DNA of 63,815 nucleotides, filler included, from It is 11 parts of 11 records of this genome, joined end to end, with 100 filler letters (N's around TTAATTAATTAA, not from the genome) between each part and the next. Parts side by side here need not be neighbours in the genome. Positions count along the whole stretch, not along the records: positions 52,842 to 63,815 come from SRR15195285_4424; 10 more parts are not named here. One strand, 5' to 3'. Shown piece by piece: positions 61,501 to 63,815 of this stretch (position 1 is its first letter; each line of letters starts with the position of its first letter). The notes under the pieces were generated by a model. It saw only the letters and a program-made list of their open reading frames with translations, ran no database searches and was not told where the DNA came from. The position numbers and the translations under genes were made by a program.

Positions 61501-63530
61501 CTAACTGTCCCCGTATCTACCCATACCACATTCGTTCTCCAGCGGATCGTCGCCACCTACGCCACCACGAGGAAGCACGTGCGGAACGGGGGTGGTCCCT
61601 ATTGGTGGTGGCACGTGCTCAGGCGGAACAGGCGCGGGGGGCTCGCTGAAACCGACCAGCTGGTTCACATATGCCCACCGCTCAAGACCATTGTCTGTGA
61701 AACCCTGGGTAGGGGTCCTGTGAATTTCACTGAAATCTCCTGGAATCATTCCCGCGCGCAGATGAACGCACTGTTCTCCGCTTCGAGTATCCTGCACTTC
61801 GAGTACCGTGTAGCGCCTAGGGTCGCCGCCTCGAAGTTTGACGATCATTCCGCGCTGCACATCGTCTATGCATGCCCCAACCTACCCAACGCTCCAAGTT
61901 AAAACCACTGTGGCACGACCTGTTTGACCCTCTAGAGTGCTGTTTATCTTGGCAAACTCAGATGTGTCTGTTCATTGCACGAGGGTAAATTTCGTGATTT
62001 ACCTGGTCTTCCGGAGTACGACCCGCATTCACAGCTCCTGCTGCGCCTGAAGAAGGCAGCTCGACGTGAAGCTTGCGGAGTTGCACGTCGATTTCATACA
62101 ACGCGCGCGACAGTTCGGCAATGTAGAGCATCGGCACCAGCGCGCACAGTGGAGGTGATCCTGGCAGTGCTGGTCTGGAAGGTAGCTGCCCACACCCGCT
62201 AAACACGCACCCTCCTTGGTACGACAACTTGGTCAAGCCCCACGAAGACTCGCCCTGCGCAGGTACACTGTTGAGATAGCTATTCGCATGCTGGCAAAAG
62301 ACGGCTGCACCTTCACAGTCTTGTATGTTTGTATCGCGCACTGGTCAGGGCGGTTGGTCCACCCAACATCAGAGACCAGCACCATCAACACGCAGCCATT
62401 CCGAATTGCGGTCAAGACCGGGCTGGACTAAGCTCTGTAGAGTGCGCACTTGGCTATGTGCATGTACGAGTGGCAGGATGTTTCAGTTGCGCTCACTCAC
62501 TCGCCATCGTGCTGTAGCTCTGGCTGTCCGGGTAGGTGATCGCAAGCCCTATGAGACAGTCTTTGATGACGCAACTCTCGAGCGCGAGCGTGGAGCTGGG
62601 TGCTGGTACACACACGCCCACACCATGAGGAACGCCGGGATCGACCCTGCACCGGCGGAGTTGCGCGTGCGTCTCCAGCACGGCACCCCCCTCTACCACC
62701 ACGTCCTCCAGTAGCAAGCCCCCGGAGTCAGCAAAGACTGCCGGGGAATTTCCAGTGGCTCGCAGCGTCAAGTTTTGAATCTTCGCACCCGAACAGTGCG
62801 TCCGCAGTGGGCTGCAATACTTGACCCACCGGGTGCGCTCGTTTACATGTACAGCGCCCCACGCGAGACCATTTCCGCCCGGCAGCAGCGCTGCTGCCAG
62901 CCGGTAGACCTCCTGCAGGTTCTGATGAGTAGGAAGGCCCTGCCCAGCCTCTCCCTGCTGCAGCGCTGCGAGAGTGGCTCTGGCCACTTTGAGTGCGCGG
63001 CCTCCGCTTCGATTTCTCGGCGCTTCTATGACATCCCCAGCATTGTGCACACACGTGATGCCGGCAGCTCTAGCCCCGTCGTCGCCCCACTCCACCACCA
63101 CGTCCGACGGCTGCGCACCCGCGCCGACCACCGCCACGCCGGACGGCGAAGGCTGCAGGACGATGGGCTCACGGTACACCCCCGGAAGGAGCTTGATGGT
63201 GTCACCGGGCTGAGCCGCGTCCAGCGCCGCCGCAATCGTCTCGCACTCGCAGCCCGCCCTCCCACCAACGGCGATGCACATCCCGGCGTCCGGGATCGCC
63301 CGAATGATGATCTCGAGCAGCTCACCCTCCAGCCAGATCGCCTCGTTGCCCAGACGCTCGTGCAGCATCTTACCCACCGTCAGCCGGCGCTGGCTGCAGA
63401 GCAAGGCTCGGCGCGCCTCGCCCGGCGCCCGCGGCCTCCAACGCTGCGCGGCACCGAGCTGGTGCGGCCCCTCTGGCGGCCCTGTCCGCGGTGCCGCCGC
63501 GCAGCTGCTGCTGCTGTTGTTGTTGCCCAT
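61501..63530 (-). CDS. Putatively myristoylated right-handed beta-helix protein; 3 exons
   Basis: Starts MGNNNSS. Motifs TIAAALDAAQPGDTIKLLPGVYRE, KIQNLTL and LESCVIKDC. Introns 62341-62500 and 61882-62002 join three ORFs in frame. Confidence 0.7.
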
Positions 63531-63815
63531 CCCCGACCGCCCGCTACGTACTGTACGTAGTCGCGCGGTCGGTCGCCGCCGGTCGCGCCTCGCGGTCGTC
63601 GCCTCGCGCGATGCGCGGTTGCGCGCGCCACGGAACAGTCGCGTCGCGAACGGCCCGCTGAATGTCCGAAATCAGGATCGTCTCGTGTGGTGTATTCCAG
63701 CTATTCCTGTTATTAATCATAACCGGTCATGTGGGATATCCTGTAGATTTCTGTATTACAGGATCCTAATTCCTATGAATGCAGTGGAAAGTTTCCCTAT
63801 CACTGACCGAACGAT

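Overview
This is not one locus. It is 11 unrelated contigs joined by ten identical synthetic 100-nt linkers (44 N + TTAATTAATTAA + 44 N), so adjacency across a linker carries no meaning. The DNA is from a gene-dense, GC-rich eukaryote with short GT-AG introns (mostly ~80-165 nt; donors often GTGCG/GTACG), most likely a free-living flagellated protist. The poly(Pro-Glu) linkers remind me of Picozoa single-cell genomes, but that is an unverified recollection. Manual splicing recovers about 18 genes: a GH95-like glycosidase, two beta-helix proteins, a TIR/NACHT/HEAT NLR-like protein, an EF-hand/IQ protein, an alpha/beta hydrolase, TRAPPC9, a SMYD 3' end, a coiled-coil repeat protein, an AspH-like hydroxylase, a TSP1/SEA/TM/PDZ receptor, an ASF1-like protein, a metallophosphoesterase, a TTLL glutamylase, an adenylate kinase-ADP-ribosyltransferase fusion, a CocE/NonD hydrolase, a PH-PX-PH-MUN protein, a cytochrome b5-acyl-CoA oxidase and an M14-like peptidase. 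Five observations stand out: (1) an NLR-like protein with a circularly permuted TIR domain that keeps the catalytic Glu; (2) a degenerate adenylate kinase fused to an ART domain, visible only after splicing; (3) four consecutive related introns with terminal inverted repeats, one with a target-site-like duplication (introner-like); (4) bacterial-type hydrolases carrying PTS2-like leaders; (5) palindromic MITE-like elements and a structured RNA candidate in an oversized intron. No rRNA, tRNA or CRISPR array was seen. All family assignments come from motif recognition by eye, not database searches.
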